Below, in pieces: positions 41,608 to 51,572 of a DNA stretch of 64,000 bases. A program made the position numbers and the translations under genes. The stretch is from Candidatus Eiseniibacteriota bacterium. GTDB lineage: Bacteria; Eisenbacteria; RBG-16-71-46; CAIMUX01; VGJL01. The stretch is from positions 128,001 through 192,000 of the forward strand of contig CAWBWI010000001.1 of the NCBI GenBank assembly GCA_963792585.1, read 5' to 3'. Within the stretch, counting starts at the first letter, position 1, and every line of letters begins with the position of its first letter. The notes under the pieces were generated by a model. It was not told where the DNA came from. It saw only the letters and a list, made by a program, of their open reading frames with translations, and made no database searches.

Positions 41608-44600
41608 ATGAAACTTCGAACGTGGATATTCGTGATCGGTGTCCTGCTTGCAACCGCTCTTGCGCCGCAGCCAGCGGATGCGGGAACGGGCCGAATCGCT
41701 GACGGGAAAGTCGATCTCACCGTCATGTTCGCCTACCGGGAATCCGCACCCGATTCCTGGCGGCCCTTGTTCGAAGAAGCCTCGCGCCTGCTCTTCAACG
41801 CGACCGACGGCCAGCTCCAGCTCGGGCGGATTCGTGTCGTCGACAGCGGTCTCGACAAGTGGGACGCCGACGTCTGGATCCTCGACAACCGCTCGGGCGC
41901 GTTCGCGAACGTGCTCGGCCTGGGCGGTCCCGGGCATATCTACATCTCTCAAACCCACAAGAGCGTGACGGAGCCGGCAGTGGGACCGTTCGGGCTCGTC
42001 CACGAGTTCGGGCACTACGGATTCGGGGCCTATGACGAGTACAAGGGCGCGGAGCCGCCCCCCGCCGCCAGGATCGCCGAGCAGACGTTGCTCAACCAGC
42101 CGCACCAGTTCTGCACGCTGGAAGGGGACACCGTCGCCTGCATCATGGATGGGGGTACGACGATCCAGCCGAACAACCGGCGTACGGAGTTCTGCACCTC
42201 GATCCTGGATGGTCTGATGACGCGGCACAACGCGGGGACGGAGGTCGACGGCCAGCTCTTCGTCAACGCGCAGCAGGCCCTCAACGGCGAGAGCTGCTGG
42301 GAGACGATCCGCAGGACCATCGGTCTCATCGAGCCCGAGGGCATCCACACCGAGGATCCTCCCGGACTCGTGCCGATCGACTGGCAAGTCGTTCCGACGG
42401 TCGACCGATTGGTGGTCTGCGTGGATCGTTCCGAGAGCATGTTCCTACGTCCGGAGAGGATCGATCTCGCGAAGCGGGCGGCGAAATCGGTGGTCGGATT
42501 GCTCCACGAGCACAAGACGATCGAGATCGACGGCGCGCCGGTCACGTTCGCGGGCGAGAACCTCTCGATCGTCTCCTTCGGATACGATGATTCGGTGCTC
42601 TTCGGCTTCCGCGAGATCCTCTCGCCCGCGACGAAGGACTCGGCGGACGTGGTGATCGACGCCATCGGTCGAAGCCCCGAGCCCAGTCCCCTCGCGACCG
42701 ACATCGGCGCCGGGCTGCGCACGTCGCTCGAGCAGATCGAGATGCAGGGGGCGGTGCCTGCCGTGAGCGAGGCGATCCTCCTGCTGAGCGACGGATCCCA
42801 GAATACGGGCACCGACCCGCGGGACGTCGTGGACGCTCTCAAGGCGCGGGGCGTTCGGGTATACGCGGTCGGGATCGGCGCGGATGCGGACGAGGGCCTC
42901 TTGCGGGAGGTCGCGGAGGCGACCGGCGGCAAGTACTACGACGCGCGGTCGCAGGAGGACATCGCCACGGTCAGCGAGGCCGTGGCCGCCGAGTTGCGGG
43001 CGGTGGGCACCGTGCAGTCACTCGAAGGACTGCTCAACGGGCAGGACGAGCATTTCCCGATGACGATCGACGCATTCGCCGAAGAGGTCAGTTTCGTCCT
43101 CCAGTGGGATTCGGGTACCTGCGACATGACGCTCACGTCGCCGTCCGGGGACGTGATCGACGTGAACTCGGCCGAATACCGCGAAGATGTGGAGGCCTCG
43201 CTCAACGGGAACCTCCTCTCGCTGCGCGTCACCCATCCCGAGGCGGGGCTGTGGGACGCCACCATCTCCCCGCAGACCCCGGATCCGATCCGGTTCGATC
43301 TCGACGTCTTCGACGACAGCCGCTCGGTCACCGTCAACGTCAGGGCGGAGCAGTCCGACGTCGCCTATCCGTTCCCGACGATCCTGCGGGTGGACGTGGT
43401 GGCGGGGGTGCCGGTCGCCGGGGCGGAGGTCAGCGCGATCGTCGACCGGCCCGGCGGTAGCCCGGTCTCCATCGGCCTGTACGACGACGGGCTTCCGAAT
43501 CATGCCGACACCTTCGCGAACGACGGCGTCTACGGCACCCTCTTCTCCGATTACACGATCGAGGGGGTCTACACATTCCACGTGAAGGCGACGAACGTGA
43601 ATGGGTCCGGCCCGGATCCGGACCTTCCGTTCGTGGAGGATGGACCCGGACCGCCCCCGTCGGTGCCGCCGTTCGAGCGGTTGGCGTCGATCGATGTCAT
43701 AGTTTCCGAGCTCGCCCCGGCGGTCTCCGGGACGCTCGACCTCCACCCGAAGACCCTGAATGGGCGGAACACGAACGGCCGCGCGACGGCCATCATCGAG
43801 CTGTCCGCGCCGCACTCCGTCGAGGAAATCGACCGCTCGACCATCCGGCTCCAGGAGACCGTGGCGCCTCTCTCGAGCCCCATCACCGTCGGGGACCACG
43901 ATTCGAACGGAGTTGCCGACCTGATGGTCAAGTTCAACCGGAGTGACCTGATCCCCGTGTTGCCGGACGGCATGCGCGCGGCCCTTCACCTCACGGGACG
44001 GCTTCTCTCGGGACAGCAGTTCGCAGTCTGGGACACAATCGACGTGGTCCACACCGGCGATTCGGATGACGTGCGCCTGCCGGCGACTCTCGTCGCGACC
44101 GGCGATTCGCAGCGGATCGAGTGGGCACCCGTGCAGGGCGCGCCGATCACGTACAGCGTGTTTCTCTCCCGCGATGGAGGGGCGAATTGGGAGCCCGTCG
44201 CCTCGCACCTCGAGGCGACCTCGATCGATTGGATGGTGTCCGGACCACCAACGACGAACGCGATGCTACTCGTGGAGGCGGGGAGCCCCGAGGGGGTCCT
44301 GGTACAGGAGAAGAGCGCGGTCTTCACGATCGAGTTCGGGGCCGCCTCCGCCGGGGATGTCAAGACCCCGACGGCTTTCCTCGGCGCGAGCCCGAACCCC
44401 CTGACTATGGGCGCCCGGCTCCGCTACTCGCTCGCACATCCATCCGACGTCGATCTCAGCCTCTACGATGTGCAGGGCCGTCTCGTGCGTCGCTTCGTCT
44501 CGGCGAGAGCCGCGGCGGGTGAGCATGCGGTCATCTGGGATGGCGCGGGAGCGGACGGACGCGCGGTCGCGTCCGGAGTCTACCTCTACGTCTTCCGCGC

Positions 44601-44643
44601 CGCGGGCGTCGAGGCGAAGGGGAGGATGATGGTCCTGAGGTAA
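41608..44643 (+). CDS. Secreted CLCA-like zinc metalloprotease with VWA, choice-of-anchor X-like and FlgD-Ig/T9SS-like domains
   Basis: Signal peptide; HEFGHYGFGAYDEY; DRSES MIDAS and LLSDG; LYDDG...DTFANDGVY; PNP...LYDVQGRLVR...WDG...SGVY tail; GGAGG RBS. Confidence 0.8.
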   Translation: MKLRTWIFVIGVLLATALAPQPADAGTGRIADGKVDLTVMFAYRESAPDSWRPLFEEASRLLFNATDGQLQLGRIRVVDSGLDKWDADVWILDNRSGAFANVLGLGGPGHIYISQTHKSVTEPAVGPFGLVHEFGHYGFGAYDEYKGAEPPPAARIAEQTLLNQPHQFCTLEGDTVACIMDGGTTIQPNNRRTEFCTSILDGLMTRHNAGTEVDGQLFVNAQQALNGESCWETIRRTIGLIEPEGIHTEDPPGLVPIDWQVVPTVDRLVVCVDRSESMFLRPERIDLAKRAAKSVVGLLHEHKTIEIDGAPVTFAGENLSIVSFGYDDSVLFGFREILSPATKDSADVVIDAIGRSPEPSPLATDIGAGLRTSLEQIEMQGAVPAVSEAILLLSDGSQNTGTDPRDVVDALKARGVRVYAVGIGADADEGLLREVAEATGGKYYDARSQEDIATVSEAVAAELRAVGTVQSLEGLLNGQDEHFPMTIDAFAEEVSFVLQWDSGTCDMTLTSPSGDVIDVNSAEYREDVEASLNGNLLSLRVTHPEAGLWDATISPQTPDPIRFDLDVFDDSRSVTVNVRAEQSDVAYPFPTILRVDVVAGVPVAGAEVSAIVDRPGGSPVSIGLYDDGLPNHADTFANDGVYGTLFSDYTIEGVYTFHVKATNVNGSGPDPDLPFVEDGPGPPPSVPPFERLASIDVIVSELAPAVSGTLDLHPKTLNGRNTNGRATAIIELSAPHSVEEIDRSTIRLQETVAPLSSPITVGDHDSNGVADLMVKFNRSDLIPVLPDGMRAALHLTGRLLSGQQFAVWDTIDVVHTGDSDDVRLPATLVATGDSQRIEWAPVQGAPITYSVFLSRDGGANWEPVASHLEATSIDWMVSGPPTTNAMLLVEAGSPEGVLVQEKSAVFTIEFGAASAGDVKTPTAFLGASPNPLTMGARLRYSLAHPSDVDLSLYDVQGRLVRRFVSARAAAGEHAVIWDGAGADGRAVASGVYLYVFRAAGVEAKGRMMVLR

Positions 44644-44697
44644 AGCGCCCCTGCGGCCGGGCCTTGACAGGATCCGACCCGCTTGGCCATCATCCGG

Positions 44698-44811
44698 CTT
44701 GTTATCGAGAGAGGCGCGAGGGTTCTGGCCCGTGGACCGCCCGGCAACCTGGCAAGCCGCCAAGGTGCCAATGCCAGCCCGGGAGCGGGGACGATACGGC
44801 TCGATGAGCAA
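44698..44811 (+). ncRNA. SAM-I (S-box) riboswitch
   Basis: TTATC-GAGAG-GC..GAGGG..CTGGCCC...GGCAACC...GGTGCCAA..CC...GATGAG matches the S-box core; directly upstream of metK; TTGACA at 44664. Confidence 0.85.
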
Positions 44812-44851
44812 CCAAAGGCTCGCGAACCCTCAGTCCCATGGGGGTTCGTTC

Positions 44852-45967
44852 ATGTCGATCAAATCCTATCTGTTCACCTCTGAATCCGTCTGCGAAGGCC
44901 ACCCGGACAAGGTCTGCGATCTCATCGCCGACTCGATCCTGGATGCCTACCTCGAGCAGGATCCCCGATCGCGCGTGGCGTGCGAGGTCCTGGTCAAAGG
45001 TGATCTCGTCGTGCTTGCCGGGGAGATCTCCTCGCGCGCGACCGTGGATCGCGCCGCCGTCGCGCGCCGCGCGATCCGTGATGTCGGTTACGTCGATCCC
45101 GCGGAACCGTTCCATGCGGCGGGCGTGCGCATCCTGGAGCATGTCGGAACGCAAGCATCCGAGATCTCGGACGGAGTGGGCGGTCTCGCGGATCCGGGCC
45201 ACGAGCAGGGCGCCGGCGACCAGGGGCTGATGTTCGGTTACGCGACCGATGAGACTCCCGAGCTGATGCCGCTGCCCGTCTCCCTCGCCCACCGTCTCGC
45301 GCGCCGTCTCGCGGACGACCGCAAGAAGGGCCGGCCCGGCTGGCTCCGTCCCGACGGGAAGACGCAGGTCACCGTCCGCTACGAGGATGGGACGCCGAAG
45401 GAGGTCACCAGCATCCTTGTCTCCGCGCAGCATGCCCCCGAGGTTCGCCAGGACGAGATTCGCAAATACGTCGAAAGGCGCCTCGTGCCCGAAGTGATCG
45501 GCCGTTGGAAGGCGAAGCGCGCGACGATCATCGTCAACCCGGCCGGGAGCTTCGAGGAGGGAGGCCCCTCGGCCGACGCGGGCGTGACCGGGCGCAAGAT
45601 CATCGTCGACACCTACGGAGGCATGGCCCGTCACGGCGGCGGCGCCTTCAGCGGGAAGGACCCTTCGAAGGTGGACCGGAGCGCCGCCTACTTCTGTCGC
45701 TTCGCCGCCCGCGAGGTCGTCAAGAAGGGACTCGCGCATCGGGCCGAGATCCAGGTCGCATACGCGATCGGGATGGCCAAGCCGATGTCGATCAAGGTCG
45801 ACACCTTCGGTACGGGGGACGACTCCGCCGCCGAGGATTTCGTGATGCGGAAATTCGACTTCCGGCCGGCGAAGATCATCGACCGCCTCGGCCTGCTGCG
45901 GCCGATCTATCGACAGACCACGAATTACGGGCACTTCGGCCGGCCCGGGCTGCCGTGGGAGGAGTGA
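44852..45967 (+). CDS. metK: S-adenosylmethionine synthetase
   Basis: FTSESVCEGHPDK, GAGDQGLMFGYA, DGKTQV, GRKIIVDTYGG, GGGAFSGKDPSKVDRS. Confidence 0.97.
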   Translation: MSIKSYLFTSESVCEGHPDKVCDLIADSILDAYLEQDPRSRVACEVLVKGDLVVLAGEISSRATVDRAAVARRAIRDVGYVDPAEPFHAAGVRILEHVGTQASEISDGVGGLADPGHEQGAGDQGLMFGYATDETPELMPLPVSLAHRLARRLADDRKKGRPGWLRPDGKTQVTVRYEDGTPKEVTSILVSAQHAPEVRQDEIRKYVERRLVPEVIGRWKAKRATIIVNPAGSFEEGGPSADAGVTGRKIIVDTYGGMARHGGGAFSGKDPSKVDRSAAYFCRFAAREVVKKGLAHRAEIQVAYAIGMAKPMSIKVDTFGTGDDSAAEDFVMRKFDFRPAKIIDRLGLLRPIYRQTTNYGHFGRPGLPWEE

Positions 45968-47027
45968 GCGCCGGCGTCACGACGATCGGAATCGGCAGCG
46001 AGGTCAGGTGGACGTGCCCTTCGTGCCACGCGTTGAGCGTGATCGTCGTCGATCCCGCCTTCAAACCGTGGATGTGAAACGACCATTTCGTCCCGGTCTC
46101 CAGGTTCGCTTCGGCCACCGTAGGATCAGCGACCTCCCATGTGAGGTGATTGACGGGACAGGTGTCCGCCACCGCGAACGCCGTGCTGTCCTCGCGCAGG
46201 AAAAGGAGATGGATCGGGTCCGTCTCCCCGCCGGCGCGCAATTCGATTCCACCCCGCACGGTGCCGTCCCACTCCGTGGCGATCGCCGTTGCATTCTCTT
46301 CCAGGAATAGCCCGGCGGCATCGATGTGACCGCAGTTGCCCGGACTCGGCTCCTCGTCCGTCGACCAGAAGATCAGGCCGACCTGGTCCTGCCCATCGAC
46401 GTGCACGATCGCCCAGTATGCGCCGGTCTCGGCGGCGTGCCCGTCCTGATCGGTTCCGGGCCAGTGGATGTGGTAGTAGATCGGGGGGAGCTCCTGCGAG
46501 TAGGTCCAGATGAGATCCCCGTCCGTGTGATAGATCTCCACCGTCACCGTCTGCTGCGCGTGGGCGGTGAACTCGAGGCCGATGCCCTCAGCCGGCGCCG
46601 GGTTGGGATACGCGGCCAGGTCTCCGGAGGGCCCGAGCACCAAGGTGTCCGCGAGGACGACGTCCCGGTCGTCGAGGGTCGTCTCGGGGAGGGAGACTTC
46701 ACGCGAAGCGCCGATCGGCGAACTCACCCGGTAGGTTCCGGGCGCCAGATCGGTGAAGGCGAAGGCACCTTCGTGGGTGTGGGTCGAGTCCCGCATGTCG
46801 CCGGGTCCGGTCAAGACGACCGGAATCTCATCGGCGTCGTCGATCTTCTCGATCCCGAGGAGGTTGTTCGTCGCGTCCGTGAGGCGACCTTCCAGCCGCA
46901 CCCTGCCCGAAAGCGTGAGGCGGTCCGGTTCAGGATTCGGTTTCGTGCCCTCGTCGGCGCAGCCGGCCGCGACGGCGACAAAGATGGCCAGACCGATATA
47001 TGCACTTATCGAGAGACGTTTTCTCAC
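45876..47027 (-). CDS. Lipoprotein with prealbumin-like, FlgD-Ig-like and Ig-like domains
   Basis: GTG start with GGAGG RBS; lipobox AAGC; FAFTDLAPGTYRV; AYPNP...W.GTDQDG....GAY; WEVADPTVA. The 3' end overlaps metK by 92 bp. Confidence 0.65.
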   Translation of the reverse strand: MRKRLSISAYIGLAIFVAVAAGCADEGTKPNPEPDRLTLSGRVRLEGRLTDATNNLLGIEKIDDADEIPVVLTGPGDMRDSTHTHEGAFAFTDLAPGTYRVSSPIGASREVSLPETTLDDRDVVLADTLVLGPSGDLAAYPNPAPAEGIGLEFTAHAQQTVTVEIYHTDGDLIWTYSQELPPIYYHIHWPGTDQDGHAAETGAYWAIVHVDGQDQVGLIFWSTDEEPSPGNCGHIDAAGLFLEENATAIATEWDGTVRGGIELRAGGETDPIHLLFLREDSTAFAVADTCPVNHLTWEVADPTVAEANLETGTKWSFHIHGLKAGSTTITLNAWHEGHVHLTSLPIPIVVTPALTPPTAARAGRSARNSWSVDRSAAAGRGGR

Positions 47028-47079
47028 GAGATTCTTCCTCCATCCGTATGACGTCGCCGGCAGCCTTCTCCTGATACGT

Positions 47080-47107
47080 CGAAGGCCCCCGAGAACGGGG
47101 GCCTTCG
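47080..47107 (-). terminator. Perfect 12-bp hairpin downstream of the S9 peptidase
   Basis: CGAAGGCCCCCG-AGAA-CGGGGGCCTTCG; no clear poly-U. Confidence 0.55.
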
Positions 47108-47133
47108 CGAACGCCATCCGGACTCGGCTCGCG

Positions 47134-49039
47134 CTACTTCGCGGCCGTCTCGACGCGCCCGCCGAGGTGCTTGCCGAGGAACGCCTCCATCGCCCGATAG
47201 AAGTCGAAACGATTCTCCTCGAGCATGAAACCGTGCCCTTCGTTGTCTTTCACGATGTACGGAACGTCGATCCCGCGCGCCTTCAAGGCGTCCACGATCT
47301 GGTCCGATTCGGCCTTGTTGACCCGTGGATCGTTCGCTCCCTGCGCCACCAGCAGCGGCGCCTTGATCTTGTCGGCATGGAAGAAGGGTGAGGCGGCGGT
47401 CATCAGATCCTTGTCCTTCTCCGGATCACCGACCATCTCGTACATCATCTTGCGTCCCAGCTCCCAGTAGGGGGGGAAGGTGTTCATGAAGGTGAAGAGG
47501 TTCGAGACACCGACGTAGTCGACGCCGCAGGCGTACAGATCCGGCGTGAACGTCAGGCCCGCCAGGGTCGCATAGCCGCCGTAGGAGCCGCCGTAGATCG
47601 CGACCCGCTTCGGGTCGGCGATCCCTTCCTTGATCAACCACTGCACGCCGTCGGTGATGTCGTCCTGCATCGTCTTGCCCCACTGCTTGAACGAAGCCTC
47701 CCAGAACGCCTTTCCGTAGCCCGTCGAGCCGCGGAAGTTCATCTGCAGGACCGCGTATCCGCGGTTGGCGAGGAACTGGACTTCGGGATTGAAGCCCCAG
47801 CGGTCGCGGTACCACGGTCCGCCGTGGGGATTGACGACGACGGGGAGGTTCTTCGGCTCCACGCCGATGGGCAGCGTCAGGTAGCCGTGGATCGTCAGAC
47901 CGTCGCGCGACGTGTACTGGACCGGCTTCATGGGGGCCATGTTGGCCTCCTCGATCCACGGACTGATATCGACCAGCTTGGTCAGCTTGTCGGTCGCGCG
48001 GTCATAGAAATAGTACGTTCCCTGGCTCCGGTCGGTATAGGTCACCACCAGGGTCTTCGTCTCGTCCTTGCTCATCCCCGCGACGGCGACCTCGACGCCC
48101 GGGAGCAACTGCTCGAGCCTTTCCTGAAGGCCCCGTCGCTGATCGTCGAAGAACTGGTAGTGCATCTTGTCGGTCAGGTACGCGACGCCGGTCACGACCT
48201 TGCGTAGCTTCGAACGGAGGACTCGGTCGACGTCGACCTCGGGGTGCTCGTAGATCAGGTCGAGGAACTTGCCGTTCTCGACGTCGTACCGGAAGATCGC
48301 CGACTTGTCGCGGTCGATGTTCGATGAAGACGTAGAGCTGCGTGTCGTCGAACGTGAAGTAGAGCGGGGCGATCTGCTCCTTGAAGCTCGTCGTCACGAT
48401 CGTCCGGAAGCTGTCGGCCTCGGTCTTTCGATAGAGGAGGCTCGTGTTGACGCCGTCCGACGTCGTCGCGACGCGCAGGAGGCCCGCATTGTCGGTCGTC
48501 CATCCGGCGATGTTGCCCGGATTCTCCGCAATCTGGATCATCTCCCCCGTGTTGACGTTGATTCGGTAGACGTCGAAGAGCTGCGGGTTTCGCTTGTTCA
48601 TCGAGATCAACATCTCGGTCGGGTTGTCCTCGAGAATGTCGACGATCTCGACGCGCACCTTCTCGAACGGGGTCAGGTCCTTTGGGTTCGTGCCATCGAT
48701 ATTGACCGCGTAGAGGCGATAGTTCTCGTCTCCACCCTTATCCAGGATGTAGATGATCCGCTCGTTTCCCTTCCAGGCGTAGCCGGCGACGTCCCGGGCC
48801 GTCGCCTCGGTGACACGGGTTGCGGTCTCCTCGCCGATCTTCTGGACGTGCACGTTCAGCCGGCTTTGCCAGGGCTGGAGGAACGCCAGGTAAGCGCCGT
48901 TGGGGGAGAGCTGGAAGTAGACCTTCTCCGGGTTGCGGAAGAAGTCCTTCATCGGGATGAGCGGAGCTTCCTTCGCCCAGGCGAACGAGGCCGCGCAGAG
49001 GGCGGCCAGGACGATCAACGGAGTCATCTTGTGCGGCAT
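47134..49039 (-). CDS. S9-family (acylaminoacyl/dipeptidyl) peptidase; one +1 frameshift near 48327
   Basis: Signal peptide and propeller (48002-49129 ORF) join the catalytic ORF (HGGPW, GGSYGG, GANDPRV, EGHGF). Removing one T restores QLYVSSNIDRDKSAIF. Confidence 0.88.
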
Positions 49040-49076
49040 GGAACAGGACCTCCTGATGGGTGATGTCCGGAAGCGC

Positions 49077-49646
49077 TCAAGCGCGCTCCATGTACTTTCC
49101 GGTAGCCGTGTCGATCCGGATCTTCTCACCCTGCTTGATGAAGGGGGGGACGAGAAGCTCGTAACCGGTTTCCAATTTGGCGGGCTTCATGACCGGACCG
49201 GCGGAATCCCCCCGCGCCGCATCGTAGGCCTCGACGACCTCCAGAACGACCGTTGGGGGGAAGGCGATGTCGACGATCGAGTCGTCGTCTTCACGAACCA
49301 GCGACTCCATCGTCATGTTCTCGACGAGGTAGGGGATGTAATCCGAGATCAACTCGCGGGCGACGGTGAACTGGTCGTAGTTCTCATTGTCCATGAAATG
49401 GAACTCGTCACCGGCCGCGTATAGGTACTGGATCGACTTGCGGGTCATGCGGACCATCTCGATGCTCTCGCCCGAGTTCCAGGTCTCGTCGATCACACGA
49501 CCTGTCTTCAGGTTCTTCAGCTTGGTGCGGACGAACGCCCCACCCTTGCCAGGCTTGACATGCTGGAATTCGACGACCTTGTACAGGTCGCCCTTGTGCT
49601 CGATCACGAGCCCGTTGCGGATATCGGCCGTCGTCGCCACCGTCAT
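49077..49646 (-). CDS. efp: Elongation factor P
   Basis: FQHVKPGKGGAFVRTKLKN, KPAKLETG, VPPFI..GEKIRIDT..G.YMERA. Confidence 0.97.
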   Translation of the reverse strand: MTVATTADIRNGLVIEHKGDLYKVVEFQHVKPGKGGAFVRTKLKNLKTGRVIDETWNSGESIEMVRMTRKSIQYLYAAGDEFHFMDNENYDQFTVARELISDYIPYLVENMTMESLVREDDDSIVDIAFPPTVVLEVVEAYDAARGDSAGPVMKPAKLETGYELLVPPFIKQGEKIRIDTATGKYMERA

Positions 49647-49658
49647 CCTCCATTCGAT

Positions 49659-49721
49659 GTATTGGGTCGATCCATTTGGTCGATCCGCATTGGTCGATCC
49701 GTGTTGGTCGAACCGTATTGG
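49659..49721. repeat. 13-15-bp tandem direct repeat (TTGGTCGATCC core, about 4.5 copies) in the efp leader
   Basis: GTATTGGGTCGATCC / ATTTGGTCGATCC / GCATTGGTCGATCC / GTGTTGGTCGAACC / GTATTGG. Confidence 0.75.
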
Positions 49722-49830
49722 GGAGTCGCTCCCATCGGGGTGTCAGGATCCATACTTCCAGGCGGGGCCGGATGTGTCAACGTCCCCCCCGGGCCTGATA
49801 CAGTGCCCTCGCCGAAGGGAGGACGCCGAC

Positions 49831-51483
49831 ATGGACGAGCGGGACGAAGCGGGCGGGATCAGTCGGAGGGGCTTTCTGCATAGGGGGGCCCTGGCCGCGG
49901 CCGGGTCGGCGATCCTCGGATCGACACGCTCGGGCGCCTCGGCCGCGCCCCATGCGGATCTGGAGGAGGCCTCGATCACCGATCTGCAGAAGGCGATGGA
50001 AGATGGCCGTTTCAGCGCGGAGGAACTCGTCGGCCGGTACCTTGAGAGGATCGAGGCGCTCAACGAAGCCGGCCCGCGCCTGCGCGCTGTCATCGAATCG
50101 AACCCTGACGCGCCGGCGATCGCCCGGAGCCTCGATGCGGAGCGCAAGGCAAAAGGGCCGCGCGGACCGCTTCACGGGATCCCGATTCTCCTGAAGGACA
50201 ACATCGACACGAAGGATCGGATGCGGACCGCCGCCGGATCCCTGGCGCTGCTCGGGACCCGCGCCGCGCAGGATGCCACCGTGGCGAGAAGGCTGCGGGA
50301 GGCGGGGGCGGTCCTCCTGGGCAAGGCGAACCTGAGCGAATGGGCGAACATTCGATCCAGCCGCTCGATCAGCGGCTGGTCCGGCCGGGGCGGGCAATGC
50401 CGCAACCCGTACGTGATCACATACAACCCGTGTGGATCGAGTTCCGGTTCGGCCGTCGCGGTCTCCGCGAACCTATGCGCGGCGGCCCTCGGCACCGAGA
50501 CGGACGGCTCGATCGTCTGTCCGTCGCACATCAACGGAGTCGTCGGGATCAAGCCGACTCTGGGGCTCACGAGCCGCGCCGGCGTCATCCCGCTGTCCCA
50601 CAGCCAGGATACGGTCGGACCGCATGGACGCACCGTTCGCGACGCGGCGATCCTCCTGGGGGCGATCGCGGGAGTCGATGGACGAGATCCCGCCACCTCC
50701 GCAGGGGAGGGGAAGTTTCTTGCCGACTACACCCGTTTCCTGAATCCGGAAGGGCTGAACGGTGCGCGGATCGGGGTTTTGCGCAAGGGACTCACCGGCT
50801 ACTCCAACCATGCGGACCGGGTCTTCGCGATCGCGATCGCGACAATTCGGCATGCGGGCGCGACGATCATCGATCCCGCGGACATCCCGACCATCGACGA
50901 GATCAACGCGGGCACCTCGGAGATGACGGTCCTTCTCTACGATTTCAAGGAGGACCTGAACGCTTACCTGGCGACTCGCGTTCCCGATCCATCGGGCGGC
51001 GTCACACCCGTGGTGCGAACCCTGGAGGAGGTGATCGCCTTCAACCAAGCGCATGAGGCGCAAGAGATGCCCTACTTCGGTCAAGAGCTGTTCCTGGAAG
51101 CCCAGTCGAAGGGGCCGCTCACCGATGCGGTCTACCTCGAGTCGCTCGAGAAGAACCGGCGCATCTCGCGTCAGGAGGGGATCGACAAGGTGATCGACAC
51201 CCTCGAACTGGACGCCCTCATCGCACCCACCGGGAATCCGGCCTGGCCGATCGATATCGTCAACGGGGATCATTTCCTCGGGGCGAGTTCCACGCCGGCC
51301 GCGCTGGCCGGGTATCCGCTCATCACCGTTCCGGCAGGCGTAGCGTTCGGGCTCCCGGTGGGGCTCACGTTCATGGGCAAGGCGTTCTCCGAGCCGACCC
51401 TCGTGCGGCTCGCGTACGCTTTCGAGCAGATCACCCATGCCAGGCGTGTCCCGAGGTTTCTCGAGTCGGTCGGCGTCGAGTAG
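49831..51483 (+). CDS. Tat-exported amidase (amidase signature family)
   Basis: SRRGFL Tat motif; GPLHGIPILLKDNI, GSSSGS, GTETDGSIVCP; GGGAGG RBS. Confidence 0.92.
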   Translation: MDERDEAGGISRRGFLHRGALAAAGSAILGSTRSGASAAPHADLEEASITDLQKAMEDGRFSAEELVGRYLERIEALNEAGPRLRAVIESNPDAPAIARSLDAERKAKGPRGPLHGIPILLKDNIDTKDRMRTAAGSLALLGTRAAQDATVARRLREAGAVLLGKANLSEWANIRSSRSISGWSGRGGQCRNPYVITYNPCGSSSGSAVAVSANLCAAALGTETDGSIVCPSHINGVVGIKPTLGLTSRAGVIPLSHSQDTVGPHGRTVRDAAILLGAIAGVDGRDPATSAGEGKFLADYTRFLNPEGLNGARIGVLRKGLTGYSNHADRVFAIAIATIRHAGATIIDPADIPTIDEINAGTSEMTVLLYDFKEDLNAYLATRVPDPSGGVTPVVRTLEEVIAFNQAHEAQEMPYFGQELFLEAQSKGPLTDAVYLESLEKNRRISRQEGIDKVIDTLELDALIAPTGNPAWPIDIVNGDHFLGASSTPAALAGYPLITVPAGVAFGLPVGLTFMGKAFSEPTLVRLAYAFEQITHARRVPRFLESVGVE

Positions 51484-51572
51484 GCGGGCGTTGGTCGGGA
51501 CGGTCCATGCTATGCTGCCATGTCGGACCGGATGTGTGGTGGGGGACCTGACCACGGAGAAAGGTGCGCGCC

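Noticed and set aside
47004..47020. CTTATCGAGAG as a second S-box
   Set aside because: No downstream SAM-I core; lies antisense within a coding region.
49387..49830. N-terminal extension of the amidase ORF
   Set aside because: Overlaps efp on the opposite strand; RBS and Tat signal support 49831.
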